DNA from: Octopus vulgaris
Lineage: Eukaryota
Assembly: GCA_951406725.2 (NCBI GenBank)
Contig: OX597820.1
Coordinates: 75,082,001-75,146,000, forward strand
Direction of reading: 5' to 3'
Length of the DNA: 64,000 nt
In this document: positions 10,348 through 24,426 of the stretch, piece by piece
How positions within the stretch are numbered: position 1 is the first letter of the stretch
Layout: every line of letters begins with the position of its first letter
Made by a program: the position numbers and the translations under genes
The notes under the pieces: model-generated
Database searches by the model: none
Seen by the model: the letters and a program-made list of their open reading frames with translations, nothing else
What the model was told of the DNA's origin: nothing

Positions 10348-12599
10348 TCAGCCATTTATTTTTTTGGGGGGTGGGTGGGACTTAGCTATGAAATATTTTT
10401 CCATATTCCTCCTGAAAGAGGTGTCGTTCTTCGGACATTTGTAGAAGGGAAAGATCTTAAATTGTCCTTCTCCACACGTAGCTAGGTGTGTACTTAGTGG
10501 TATTTTGCGTAGTTTTTCCTGCCGAATATGTTGTCGGTGAATCCTGGCTCGCTGGCACAAAGAATTACCAGTTTCACCTACGTAATTCTCCTTGCACGTG
10601 GGGCAGGTTATGCAGTATATAACGTTCTGCGCCTTGCAGTTCATATCTGCATTTACTTTGAATGAGTAACCACTTTTAAATCTCATGTCTCTGTTTCCCT
10701 CTATGTATTTGTAGGTGGGGTTGCTGCAGATCCCACATCTACCACCTCCGCACTCTTTTGCAAAGAATTCCGTTTTAGTTTCTGAAGAGAATTTCGCTCT
10801 TGTTGGTGTTTCTTTAGGTTTTTGTCCTGTCGTCTACTGTTTTTTATGCTATATTTGTTTAATATGTTTTTAATTTTGGGGCTTTGTAATGCTATTGGTA
10901 GATTTGAATGTATGGTTTGGAAGATGTTGGCAACTTCAGGGTTGTGCGTGTTTATAAAAGGGATAATGTTTTCTTTGGTTTTTTGTTTTGGGTGTCCTGA
11001 GTTGTGCGATGTCTAGTTTTAATGCTCTTGTGATTCCATTTTCTATTAGTTTAAAGGGGTATTTTTGCTCTAGGAGGAAGTTTGTGAGTTCATCTAGTCT
11101 TATTAGTCGTATTTGTGAATCAGTTGCTATGCTACATATTCGTCTTGCCATACTATATGGGATGTTTCTTTTTGTGTGGGATGGGTGGCAGGAGTGGAAA
11201 TTTAAATATTGGTGTGTGTCTAGGAAGGGAAGTTCGTTGTGGCTGGTATCTATTGTGAAGTTGATAGATGGGTGCAGCGTATTGAGGATGATGTGGATTG
11301 TTCGTAGGTCTTCTTCTGATCTCTTCCAAAAGATGAAGCAGTCATCGAGGTAGCGTTTCCACTTTTTCTTGATGTCTTCTCTGAAGCCGTGTTCGAAGAC
11401 TTTCCCTGTTTCATCGTATAGTTTGTTCTCCAGGAAACCCAACACCAGGTTGGCATATGAGGGTGCGAATTTTGTACCCAGAGCCGTGCCTTTTATGTGA
11501 CGGTATGTCTTGCTGTTGAATGAGAATGTATTTTCTTCGAGTATTAGTTGGGTGGCTTGGGTGATAAAGTTTGTCTTGAAGCGTTCGTCTATAAGTTCTC
11601 TGGGTTTTTTACTATCGATTGTTTTATTGCTTCTAGAACTAGGGTGTGTGGTATGTTTGTGTATAGATTTGTGACATCAAAGCTTGCAAGTATGGTGTTT
11701 TTCGGGACTGTATTTGGAATGTGTGTGAGGAAGTCTATGTCATCCCTTATGTAGCTTGGTATATGTGGGCATAAAGGTTTGAGGAGTATATCTATGAAGT
11801 GGCTTAGTTGTTGTGTTGGTGCCTGGGGTCCTGCCACTATTGGTCTCATTGTGAGATCTGAAGGCCTTTGTATTCTTATATAGTGGTTCCTCTGTTCCTT
11901 TATGGCTTTCTGTATTTCAGAGCTTTTATGAATTTTAGGTAATCCATAAAAATTTCTTTCTTTGGTTCTTGAGTTGCATAGATAGTCTTTCTCCTTATCT
12001 GTAAAGGAGTTCTGGTATTCATTGACTAAAGTTCTAATTTTTTGTATTGTTGCTTTCTCCGGTGGTGTTGGTTCGTCTTTATAGTATGTCTGATTGTTCA
12101 GTAACTCCAGTATCTTTTCTTTGTAGTAATATGTATCCATAATTACTATTGCTCCACCTTTGTCAGCTTCTTTTATAATGATTGACTTGTCATTTTGCAG
12201 TTTTTGTAAGGCTTGTCTTTCTCCACTGCGGAGATTCTGTTTGCATTTGTATGTGTGGAGAGCGAATTTGGATATTGTCTCTATGTATGCGTCAAGTGTT
12301 TGTCTCTTCCCTTGTAAGGGGTGAAATGGGATTTTTTTCTTATGATTGAGTTATCTTCTGTTTCTTTATTTTCAAAGAATTCCATAAGGCGGAGGTGGCG
12401 GCTGAAGTTGTCTATATCAGTTTTTAGTTCTATGAGGTTTGGATTGGGTGTAGGTGTAAATTTGAGGCCTTTTAGTAGTAGGTTCATGTCATTTTAGATA
12501 AGTTTATTATTTTGGGGTCTATGTGTTTTGTGAGTTCATCCGGAATTTTTGGTGTATTGGGTCTGGAGTATGGTTGAAGTATCCTCTCCTTAAAAAAGG

Positions 12600-12600
<1 letters not shown>
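10348..12600 (-). pseudogene. PLE RT/GIY-YIG polyprotein remnant
   Basis: It is split over ORFs 12281..12487, 11589..12140, 10936..11445 and 10348..10686. An internal deletion is apparent at LPFLD|THQYL. Confidence 0.9.
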
Positions 12601-12675
<75 letters not shown>

Positions 12676-15339
12676 TATATCTGTGTGTGGGTGTGCATAT
12701 ACATGTATCTATACATATATATATATATGCATACATAAATATATATATGTGTACGTGTGTGTGTATGTGTGTATGCGTGTGTGTGTGAGAGAGTGTGTGT
12801 GTTTCACATAACACAGCGCAGTCTTTCTGATTATATACTTGGGGAATTATAACAGAATCAAAAATGTAAGATCCCATCTGATGTTTTACAAAAACAAACA
12901 ACTTATTCAACTTTAGATTAGTTATCCACTTATCGTATCCGACAGCGGTTGTGCATTCATGAATCAGAGCCTGAGTTCAGTGAAATAGAGTTGTAAGAAG
13001 GTACTTAGTTAAAACAACAGTACAGTACTGTCAGTGACTGGGGGCTCTCTTATACATAATCACAGATTCAAGAAGCAGAGATAACCAACATTTCGTATGT
13101 ATGTCAACAAATCGATTTCTTGGCACTTTCGAGAAGTCGCTGCCAAAAGTGAAATATATATTTAGTTATTAAGATAATAATGAATTACATGTTTTTATAG
13201 TTGTCCATGATATATAATAGAGCTGAATAGATTATGACTTGTCTTATCTATTAATGTTGATCAAAGGATATATTTTATCATATCACAATTCATTAACAAT
13301 AGCTTCGCTGAATTTAGAGTTCCAGCTGAACACAGCTGATTCTCCAGAATGCTAACATTACGAGGCCATTGAGCGTAATGTAAAACAAGAGTCTACTGGG
13401 AAAGGCTTTTCCGTTTGTGCAATGATGTCTGAATTCTTCGTCTATAGACATATTTAAATGATATACATGCACGCATGCATACAGACATGCATACCGCGTG
13501 CAAATATAAATATCAGGTGGTTTTCTCCCAATCGAGTATGACAAGCGCTTTCACTTCTGTATGTTTCTTTTTCTTCTAAATTATATTGTCTCTCTCTGTT
13601 TTGAAGCCCAGCATCAATATGGGAAAACGAAGACACCGCCTCAAAGATACCGACAAAATGATTCATCAGCACAGTGATCTCTAGAATCATGATTGGTCAA
13701 GTCAAAACTGAACATTCCATGAATGAAAATAGCATCAAATATTGGTGATATTTTCTTATCGCAAACGTGCATGTTACATCTAACGAAAATTTCACCCTCT
13801 GTATTCTCGAGAATTTCGACATAGAAACAGACCCCCATATTATATTAATGTCATATTCTTCCAAGTTAACGAAATTCAATTTCTGAATCACATGATCAGC
13901 CAGGTTCAATGGAATATTCATTCTACACAAGGTTGCATGCTATTCTTCTCTTTGAATTAAATGCTATGTTTAATATATTCTAAAGAATATTCATTGTTCC
14001 GTTCCGTTTTGTAATGTTTGACATCCTATCATTTTGTATAGTTAAATACGTTGCTTTATATACGTAACAGGAATCACAGAATGGAATATATCTACGTCTG
14101 AATTCTCCATGAAATATATTACCATTTGCATTCTACTTGAATCTGCCGACATACAATTAAAACTTACGTCTCATGCTATTCCAAGATGGAATACACGATT
14201 GCTTATTCACGGTAAGAATTGCTCATGAATGAATCCCATCAGATGATGTTCATAGAAGAGAAAACTGCATCTATTGTTTAGCTAGAATTCATTTCAGGAA
14301 CAATACATTTATTCGATTAGTAAATTTCATTGCAAAAATAGACGAGAAATAAGATGTTAGACAAATATATTACCGTCCAAGCATATCATTCTAAAAGATA
14401 TCACAAAGATACAGCAACGACTCTACTATTTGTAATGGTCAGATAATTTCTATTCAAAGAAGAAGGAAAGAGGAAAACTAGTGTTGTTAGAATTTAAATT
14501 AATTTTAGTTTTTAATAAAAGATATGGAACAGACAAAGCGTTCTATCATCTGATTGAAGTAAATCATTGAATCTTTGAAATGTAACAATAAACATTCACG
14601 TTATGGAAGGATTTTTTCTTGGCGTGTTCACCCTAATAATGAACGTCGGTCGAATAAAACATGATTTATTAGCGCGCACGTATTATTGTGTTAATATGTT
14701 TGTAAGTGCGTCGTAGATTTTGTGTTTATACAAACCTAGCCACTGTCTCATCATATATCAACGACATGAGAGGAATATCAATTTAAATACTTATGACAGA
14801 GATACTGGAAGTGTGATAAGTTTCAGAGATTTTTATATTTGTTATATTGCTTTATAAGGGTATCACGTGACAGAATGGTTACTGCGTCGGTGAGATTGCT
14901 TTGTAGTAGTAGCTGCGAACCTCTGAACCCTGAGTTCAAATCACGTCGGGGTTAATTATGCATTCATCCATTTGGTTTAGATAAATTACCAACCCAAAAC
15001 AAGAGTCAATTTATCTCTTCCTCTCAATGCTCTTCTCTGTCTGCCATCTTCCTCACTGCCCGTCCCCTCACTCCGTTTATGTCTTTGGCTCGCTCACTCT
15101 CCCTCTCATTCACACTTTTGGGTAGAAAATAGATGTCCTCGAATTGGAAGGAAAACGGCTCTGGGATATACCAAGACTAAAATTTTCCCAGAATTCAGCA
15201 AATATCACAACGGAGCCCAAGTTACTCCATCCACAAGTTAAGAGGCCAATACATGCTATATACGTATAGGTTAATAATAATATACATGTTGCAACTTTTG
15301 TGGAAAGAATATGAAACAGCGACAGTGATCTCTAAAATT

Positions 15340-15511
15340 GCGCGGTTGGGTCGTAAGGAGTTTACCTCCCAATCACATGGTTCCAGCTTCTCTCCAGTAG
15401 GTGGTGACTTTGACAGGGGTCTTTTACTAAAGCCTCGGGCCAACCAAAGCTCTGTGAGTGGATTTGATTATTTGACTGACGGAAACTGATAGAGGCTCGT
15501 CGTATATACAT

Positions 15512-15545
<34 letters not shown>

Positions 15546-15730
15546 GCATATGTATGTGTGTATGCGTGGGCGTGCATGTGTGTGTTTTTTGTATCTATAT
15601 TTGTCCCGTACTGTCGTTTGGCAAGTGGTGTTTGTGTGTTTACATCTCCGTAACTTAGCGGTTCGGCAAAAAAGTGTCCGATGGATTAAGTACTAGGCTT
15701 TAAAAATGGGATCAATTCATTCGACTAAAA
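15340..15730 (+). mobile_element. SINE family A, diverged
   Basis: GCCTCGGGCCAACCAAAGC...GGAAACTGA...microsatellite...CCGTAACTTAGCGGTTCGGCAAAA. Confidence 0.8.
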
Positions 15731-15964
15731 TTTTATAAGAAGAAGAAGAAGAAACAGGATCGAAGCGATCAATACTTTAGCCATACTAGTCGTGACTTAC
15801 AGTTTCAATATCATTTACTGGTCAATTACTGAAATATGTAATCTTGACAGAAAAATATGAAAATTGTTGAGAAGGCATAGAATGCATAATGAGTATACCT
15901 GGCTTCGTATAATTTACTACAGTGTCACCTTGTTGGCATGTACTGTCCTCTTAATAATAATAAT

Positions 15965-16985
15965 AACTAGAGCACTTAGAGGGCGCAAACGTCCGCCAAG
16001 GCAACACCAACCTCATCTCAACGATTAGCCGGAGATAATTTTTAAAATGAGAATATTTGAAATAAACTCAACTGCTCCCACAAACGAGAATACTAAAAAT
16101 GAGCCTAACTGCTCTCAAAAATTAAGTAAAAAAAAAAAGAGGAAAAATAATCCAGAATCCTTGTCCGGTACCTGATTGATCCCAATGGTAGTCATGGAAT
16201 ATGAAAATAGGTGTTTGGGCCTTCTTTGTAATGCTGTGTGCGTGTCGTCTGCAGTGGGAACAGAGACAGTTTTCGCTATGAAGGCCTTGTTTTAGTCTAT
16301 CCACTGATATAGTGTTTTTACGACCATTAAGGCCTATAGTGAAAAATTTATCCGCGCGTTAAAGCAAATAGAAAGGACCTGCATAAGATGCTCTTAACGG
16401 AGTCCAAGAAGTAAAACTTCCTTCAAGGCAAAGCTAGAAATGTAGTTGTCAAGTAGTTAAGACGCTTTAAACAGGAGCGATATATTCAAAATTTGTAAAA
16501 CTAAAAATTGTCGAGGATAAATTAAATTTATTATTGTTACTGAATATGTTAGTATTATTTAATTCCTGAACGGTTTTGCAGCCGTTTGTTTATGTAGTTT
16601 GATTTCATTATCCGCTAGTCTCTGCTAGATAGAGATACGAGTAAAATTAATAATAGAGAAACGAAAATAAAACCTTGGAAATAACAATGCCGCCACAACT
16701 TACGTGAGAACCATGAGCGTGCTTTCAAGGATGATAATCAGAGAAAGACTTGAAAGTGAATGTAAGATCGTAATACTTCATGTAAAGTATAAATAGCAAA
16801 TAATCCAGATTCCTGCTCCGGTACCGAATCGACCCCAAAATCTAATCAGTTTGTGCCAGTCACTAGGCCAAATATCCCTGAAAGTTTCATCCAAATCCGT
16901 CCCACGGTACTTGAGATATCTTGTCCACGGACAAACAAACACGACTGAAAAACAATACCTCCGTCTCCGCTAAGGCGAAGGTAAT
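15965..16985 (+). mobile_element. Non-autonomous Helentron-type (HINE/DINE-1-like) element with an internal ~600-bp segment
   Basis: 5' end AACTAGAGCACT...ACGTCCGCCAAGG; 3' end AACAATACCTCCG...GCTAAGGCGAAGGTAAT (subterminal IR plus hairpin). An AAAGTTTCATCCAAATCCG...CGGACAAACAAAC block is present, and both flanks are (TAA)n. Confidence 0.65.
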
Positions 16986-16986
16986 G

Positions 16987-17034
<48 letters not shown>

Positions 17035-19061
17035 TCTTAATGATGATAGTTATAGAGTTTAGTGCTTCTATAAATTGATCTTTGATTTACAGATGCCGGA
17101 CTCAGAATTTGTTTCCAACAAAGACTCATAAATTGAATTCAATGAAATAAGGATCATAACTGACATCCACAAACATTTTGCATGTTAGAGCAGTCGATTA
17201 AACTGACACCAATGATTAAGTAGTACCCGTTTCGTCAATAGAATAAATTTAGAATCTGCGGTATTAGGATTAAGATTAAAGAATTAAAAAATAACGGATA
17301 AATGTCCCAAGACACTTTCTAACATGCTGCTAATTTAATCATTCCCTTAATTTTTAATTAAACTGCATAGTGATTTATGAATTAGTTACAAATCCAAGGC
17401 CTTTGTGAGATTCCTCAATTTAATCAATGAGTACTTGCATAATCGATCTAGCATGGTTAAAATGTAAAAATCGATCGATAATGGGATTTGTCCAACGCCC
17501 TTTTATTGTTGAGACTGTTCGCACTTGTATTCAAATAAGAAAGTACAATTGAGATATAACCTGAAGTGTGTTACATGGCGCGTTTTGTGGTCTGTTCATC
17601 GTTTTAAACTTTTGTTGTGTGTCGTTGAGTGTAATTAACACAGTTTGACAAATGTAAACATACACCAATCAAAATAGACCGTCTGATAACACTTACCGTT
17701 ACTGAAATGTGTCGTTTATGGCATTTGTAATTAGTTAATTGAGAAATAGGTAAGAACATTGCAAAACAATTGCCGATTAGCAAGTGAAATTGCTCATCAG
17801 CTTAATTATATACGCACGGGTCACTGTATTGATTTTTTGTAATAGTTATTTTTTTTTTGTAATAAATGCAACACCTTTATTGATTGCTTAACTAGTATCA
17901 AATGGGTTCGAAAGAGAGTATATTTGCAAAACACAAATGTATATATTATTTTTGGTTGTGTAAATATAGCGTGTAAATGACCTTATAAATCGCATGACCC
18001 TTCAAGATATTTATTATACAGCAAAGAAGAAATATTTCAACAATAAGTCGTCCTCCTCATCATTGTCGTTGTTGTCGTTGTCATCATCATCATCATCACC
18101 ACCAGCACGATAATCACTATCATCACTATCATCATTAACCTCTAGACCGACTGTCTCCAATCCTACGACTAACAAGACCAGGTAATGGCTGTCCATGATG
18201 TGTACGCGACCGAGGACACAAGAACAGGACACCGGTCCGTCCCAGGGCTATTCATTTACAGCTGATTGGACTGGAAATTTTTATGCACGAAAATAATGCA
18301 CCATCCGACAGGGAAAGCAAAATCGCGATTTACGGATCGTGATTGCAACACGCCATCTACTAGCCACTCCTGCGCCTAAGAAGTACTACTTAGTACTACT
18401 AAGAACGCATCCGCTAAACACTGCTCATCACTGCTGACTAGTCTGCAGAACGCAGACGAGATGTGAAAAGAATCTGGAAGCTCGCCATGTCATAAATTTT
18501 TGTGTTAAACTATTCAAAAACTGCTTAGGGATTAAGTCTTATGAGTCGAGCGTCAGGGGCTGATTGAGAAATTTTCTGGATGAACACCGTCGCGTGACTA
18601 TATAGACAATAAGAATAGGGTTTGTGCCAACTGTACAGAGAAGATCTATATATATACTCAATCTATCCGTCTCGACTTGTAGTACTTTTATAGATCTTGA
18701 AAGGATGGATGCAAACTGAACCTGGAGTGAACTGAACTCTGATCGTAGAGTGTCAAAAAAGCTTCTGCCTGATAGTTCTTTCTAAATCTGTAATGACGCT
18801 TACCAACTCGGAAGATACATCGAAAGACATAATGCCCCAACTATGATCCACACAATTACGTAGAACAGGTCTCCAATTAAAACTTCAGCTACGTTAACCG
18901 TGAAAGGGTCAACTAAGAAAGACACATCTCCAGAATTGTCTGTTTGTCTGCCAAAGTTCCGTCAATATTTCCACTCTGATTTTTTGTCGTGTCAACACAC
19001 TTCATTCTTCAGATTTAGAGCATTCATTTCGATCTGTCTTGGCATGTTTTAAGTATTGACT

Positions 19062-19376
19062 GGCACTCTGACAGATACGACGACGAGTGTTCAAGTTGAT
19101 CTGATCAACGGAACAGCATGCTCCTGAATTTAACGTGCAAGTGGCTGAGCACTTCACAGACAGACGCGCGTAGTCTTAATGTAGTTCCCAGGGAGATTCA
19201 GTGCCGTACTGAATATGGAAAGACTGACTATTTGATTTACATGTACAACTCATTTTGCCAGCTAAGTGGACAAGAGCTACGCTAAATAAAACTTCTTACT
19301 CAAGGACACAATATTCCCACAGGAATCACGACTTTATAATGGTGAGCCGAATAATCAAACCTTTAACTCACGCGTC
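19062..19376 (-). mobile_element. SINE family B, diverged
   Basis: Collinear with 2535-2855. Confidence 0.8.
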
Positions 19377-20033
19377 TTTTTTTCTTTTTTGAAACAATAA
19401 TCTGATTATTAATCCTAAATACAGTTCATTTATCATTAATATTTTGGTGGAGGTTAATGTAGGCACTAGTTTGTAAAACATATTTTCAACAAAGCTACTT
19501 ATAATAATGATGTGTTTCATGTATTTTTTTTTTATGACACTGCATATGTACCTGCATACATTCAGATATGTAAGGATAGAATAATAATCTTTACCATTTT
19601 TACCATAGATCATGTACGATGAAAATATCTACTATGCAGTTTATCAATATTTAGCACTTGTAAATATATAGACATTGGAAATCAAAAAACTCAAAGTAGA
19701 AAACGAAAAATAAAAAATAGCCGGAGTCTTCAAAAATATAACAAGTGGCAAACAAATTATAAACTCAATTTGTGATGAAATCACGTTCCTTACCATCAAT
19801 TTCGTTATTGTTGTTGAAAATAAGTTTTTCGTTACTATGTTACTATTCTTCGTCAGTCCCAATAAATCACCTTACAACTGTCCACGTAAACTGAAATAAG
19901 GAAATTATATTTGTTAATTAGATGCCCAAATTTCAGAGTGCTTCCTCTTGCCTTTACTTTGCTGTTATAAAGCAAAGATATATGTTTAGAAAAACGGAAT
20001 TTGTATTTCCTTAATTTAGAAATGAATTCAGAA

Positions 20034-20034
<1 letters not shown>

Positions 20035-20110
<76 letters not shown>

Positions 20111-20192
20111 GTCTGTCTGTCAGTCTCTCTCTCTCTATCTAATTATCTATATGTCTATCTGTCTGTCTCTCTCTCTATCCATCCATCCATCC

Positions 20193-20252
<60 letters not shown>

Positions 20253-20346
20253 GTCTATCTGTCAGTCTCTCTCTCTATCTAATTATCTATCTGTCTGTCT
20301 GTCTGTCTCTCTCTCTCTATCTATCTATCCATCCATCCATCCATCC

Positions 20347-20422
<76 letters not shown>

Positions 20423-20518
20423 GTCTGTCTGTCTGTCTGTCTGTCTTTGTGACTGTCAATCTAACTATCTATCTATCTATCTATCTATCCTTTCTATCCT
20501 TTTGCTTCTCGTCATATC

Positions 20519-20557
<39 letters not shown>
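20035..20557. repeat. Compound (CTAT)n/(CTGT)n/(CCAT)n/(TG)n microsatellite block
   Basis: Directly visible. Similar blocks lie at 28350-28520, 38887-39260 and 25800-26125. Confidence 0.95.
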
Positions 20558-20559
<2 letters not shown>

Positions 20560-21585
20560 TTGTTATTGTGTGTACTTGTGTGTTTGTGTATATATGTGTA
20601 TGTAAACATATGTATGAAATACTGTTACTATACTCCATCTCTGATTATTCTATTCTCAGAATACTATTCTCCTTCTATGTTAGAACTAACTGCTCACGAA
20701 AATGCCATCTCTCAGCTTATTTTCTCCCACTAAAGTATTCTTTGCAGCACATTTCAACGTTATCACTTCTAGCAACTGCTTTAATTTGCTGCATTATTTA
20801 TAACCGCCCACACACATTTTAAATTTTATATATACACATACATATGCAAACACATATACATACGATTATAAGAAAGGTAAGTTAAGCGACAATGTAAACA
20901 CATATGATAGAGAAAAAAACACATAGGTCTCTGGCAATTACCTTGCTCAGCTCTTGACTGTATCTCCTATTTATTTCGAAGCATTTTAACAAGAGTATAG
21001 TTTGCATCTGAATAAATGCTGGTAGATTTATAAGAAATCCTATCATAGTGTACTACAATGAAGACTGGGTAATACAAACCAATTGGGTCAATTAAACAGC
21101 ATATCCACGTGTTAAGAAAAATATAGGGAAAGATATATATATATATATAATGTGGTACAACTAAGGAAGAACATGGAAAATTAGACAATAAAGTGACAAA
21201 AGAGTTATAACTAATAAAAGCCTTTTGGGTGCAGTAAGGACACAACCAGGAACATCTGCCATATAGGCAACGCTAAGATAAAACGATAGGTTTTGGTGAA
21301 CTTATGCATGTTTGCGTCTTTCTCATGTGTGTATATGTGCGAATTTGTATTGAATGTTGTCCCTTAAATTATTCAGTGAAATAATTAATTAACAAACAAA
21401 AGACTGCAAATGATCATGCATAAGTTATAGCCGGTCTGCCACCTTAGTTTGTGCGCTAGATTGGATCAACTTTAAATTGTTTTCGCATATTAATTGTCCG
21501 GAAGTTAAACGTTAAGTTCGGGTTTTGTAACTAATACTGTGATATTTTTAGGGTAGCTTTTGATATCTCTGTAGGATGTTCTGGC

Positions 21586-22517
21586 GGAGGTAAATGACAT
21601 GGACCACACTCCCATTCGTTTTTTTTTTTGGGGGGGGGGGGGGTTCTACGGAAACCCACCTTTTCGACTGCGGTGATTCCGAATCTGCAAAAAAAAAAAT
21701 CGGCATTTCAAAATTTTAATTTCCGCTCCGCAATTTTTCACTTATTTAAGGAATTTGTTTTGGCGAAATACGTTGAAAAATACGGAGATTATGATATTCT
21801 GAGAAAAAACAAATTTAAAATAAATAAATATATCAGCACTCTTTCCACTCCGCCAGCGGATCTGTGACAAAAAGTGAACATGTTGTGGGTAAGGCTTTTG
21901 TGGAATTAAGAGAGGTATGTAAAATTAGCTTTTTTTTAACACAAACACACACACAACAAAATGACACTAAATATTTTTTTTTCTGCTTTGGTAATTCGTA
22001 TTCAGAAAGTCGATCTTCGGTTTGGCTGTTGTTTCTAGCTTGTCAGAATTTCCGGCTGCAGCACACATAAAAATTGAAGATTTTGAACACACAAAAACAC
22101 GTTTTCAAAATTTTAATTTTCCTCCTCACAAGCAAAGAAAAAATGGGGTGGGTGAAATTCAAATTTTGAAAACGTGATTCGTCGTTTAGCTGCTGTTTCT
22201 AGCATGTCGAGTTTTCTGTTTACATACTTTTTACGCCTGCTATTTCAGCAGGAGGGGTGTTAATTCTTTTTCTTTGAAAAATTAAAATTTTACAAATATA
22301 TATTTTTTTTCAGTATCATAATCACCGTAGTTTTCTACGTATTTCGCCAAAATAAGTTCTATAAAAAGTGAAATAAATGAGAGAGAGAGAAGTGGAATTA
22401 AAATTTTGAAATGCCGATTGTTTTTGCAGATTCCGAATCTCCGCAGTCGAAAAGATGGGTTTCTGGAGAAAAGAAGAAACAATCCGAAGTGGGTGCGATC
22501 CATGTCCTTTTACCTCC
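21586..22517. mobile_element. MITE/non-autonomous DNA transposon with ~240-bp imperfect TIRs
   Basis: The ends are GGAGGTAAATGACATGG ... CCATGTCCTTTTACCTCC. Internal TTTTCGACTGCGG.GATTC.GAATCTGCAAAAA...TTTTGGCGAAATACGT is mirrored. No TSD was recognised and the superfamily is unassigned. Confidence 0.8.
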
Positions 22518-23539
22518 ACTGATGTGCTCTACGAAAAGTTGCCGTGCAGCTTCTTCAATGGTTTCTTTTCCTCGTGATACATGATTCATATTCTCAATCA
22601 TCAGAGCCTGAAAAAGAAAAGAAAAGAAAAGAAATTAGACATCAGCATTTAGCCAGCAATTTAGTCTACAGAGTTAGACGTCTATGCAAATATTTAATTC
22701 TATGAGATACCAAAGTCACGTGGCCTAATGGTTAGGATGTTGCACTCATGATCACCACATTCCTGGACAGGGCAGCGTGTTATGTTCTGGAACAAAATAC
22801 TTAATTTCACTTTGATCTAATGCTATGTCGGGACCAGGATGTCAAAGAATAATCACAACGTTTCTTCTGCGTGTCGTAAAAAGGGTACCAAAATAGGTAG
22901 AGGTAGGATTTGCACTCTCACCCCGTAAAAGTCTCACCAGCTTTGACCACCTGAAATCAAAGGTATGGGTTGAAGTTGTTGCCTGAGCGCGGCAGCATTA
23001 TCATCCGCCAAGAGTAGGAAACCGCCAACAAATGGCATTTGCAGCGACGCGTTGTTATTGTGTATGTCCCCTTACAAACACCAAAATCAACATACCAGAC
23101 GAACACCAAAATGTATCCAGCATGGTACATAGAATTGTTCACACATATATATCTATGTAAGAGGCGGGCATGTTGCTTTATTTTTTGTTCATTTTTGTGT
23201 CTTGATTATGTTTGCACTGACGATTAAAAATTACATTTTGTGCACTAATTATTAAATCATATGATCTGCGGCTGAAACTACTTTTAAGAGGCTCGCTTCG
23301 ATAGTTGCATTCCCTCGCGTTTGGTACAAGTGTATTTATTATGGTAGCTTTTACTTTAAGAGTCCCTCCTGGCGTGAGGCATTTATGTATAGTAATGCCC
23401 TTCATATAAATAAATATATTTAAAGGGAATAATAAATACATTTTCCCTTATGAGGTTTTTCATGCTAACTACTTGATAAATTAGTATAAAGATTTTATCC
23501 TATTTTAAAATTGTATAGGGTCAAAGAACGGCTGAGTGT

Positions 23540-24282
23540 GCTGTCCAGGAAGACAAACTTGTCTACCACCTTCAGGATTGTTCCTTCAACCAAGGTAGCT
23601 GGTCCCACATATGGATATCCTGGTGCAGGCTGGATCATTACTACAGTCTTGTCCAGGCTAATGCTGAGTGCAAATGACCCTTTACAAACGTTATGTAAGG
23701 GTCTTTGAACGCTTTCATCAGAGACGTCTCAGATACATTCTAAATGACCGCTGGACCAGACACACAGGTCCTAAGGACAGCTGATATCTTAAGTATTGAT
23801 ACGATGGTGCAGAAGCACCGGTTACATTGGACTGGACACCTTATTAGAATGAAGTATAGCAGGATCCCTAAGCAGATGCCATATGAGGAACTTGTGAATG
23901 GAAGGACATACCGGCAGAAATGAAGGCTGAGGTTTAAGGACAGTGCAAATCCTCACTAACGGCCTGTGATATGCAGCAGACTGACTGGGGGAACAATGCT
24001 TGTCATCGCCAAGGATGGAGGAAGCAGGTTAAGGAGGGGTCGAAACTTTTAAGAGAGCACGTGTTCAGCATGAAGACCTTAAGCGTGCTCCTTGAAAGCA
24101 CACTGCTGGAGTAGTGAATGGGGAAAGATTGGTCTGCAACGTTTGCTGTCGTGTATGCTTGTCAAGAGCAGGTCTCATTAGCCACCAACGGAGGCGCAAA
24201 TGCGAAATATGAGTTAGTTCTAGCGCGCAGTGTTCCGGAAGTTCAGCAATGGTCTTCTTCGGCCACGAGTGGACGGTCATCA
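23540..24282 (+). mobile_element. 5'-truncated RTE-clade LINE 3' end (decayed)
   Basis: Translates to FERFHQRRLRYIL, HRLHWTGHLIRM..SRIPKQ, RLRFKD and a terminal C2H2-like [21 protein letters not shown]. It ends in CATCAT followed by (TA)n. Confidence 0.85.
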
Positions 24283-24300
24283 TATATATATATGTATGTA

Positions 24301-24372
<72 letters not shown>

Positions 24373-24426
24373 TATACATATATGCATATAAAAATATATA
24401 TGTATGTATAAACGTATGTAGGTAAT

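Larger units (their letters stand above)
9019..12601 (-). mobile_element. Decayed, 5'-truncated Penelope-like retroelement (Neptune-like) with its 3' non-coding region
   Basis: Frameshifted fragments carry KGLKFTPTP, IIKEADKGGAIVIMD, FYGLPKIHK, RPIV, FDVTNLYTNIP, GTALGTKFAPSYAN and RYLDD, a Cys-rich linker, and GIY-YIG (NVIYCITCPTCKENYVGETG). The 5' end abuts (TA)n at 12601. Assignment of 9019-10347 to this element is inferred. Confidence 0.85.

Noticed and set aside
13300-14330. Region with faint recurring motifs (GAATAGCATG, ATATTCCATT on minus) and several short ORFs
   Set aside because: I could not establish a period, a protein motif or splice structure. It may be an old decayed repeat.
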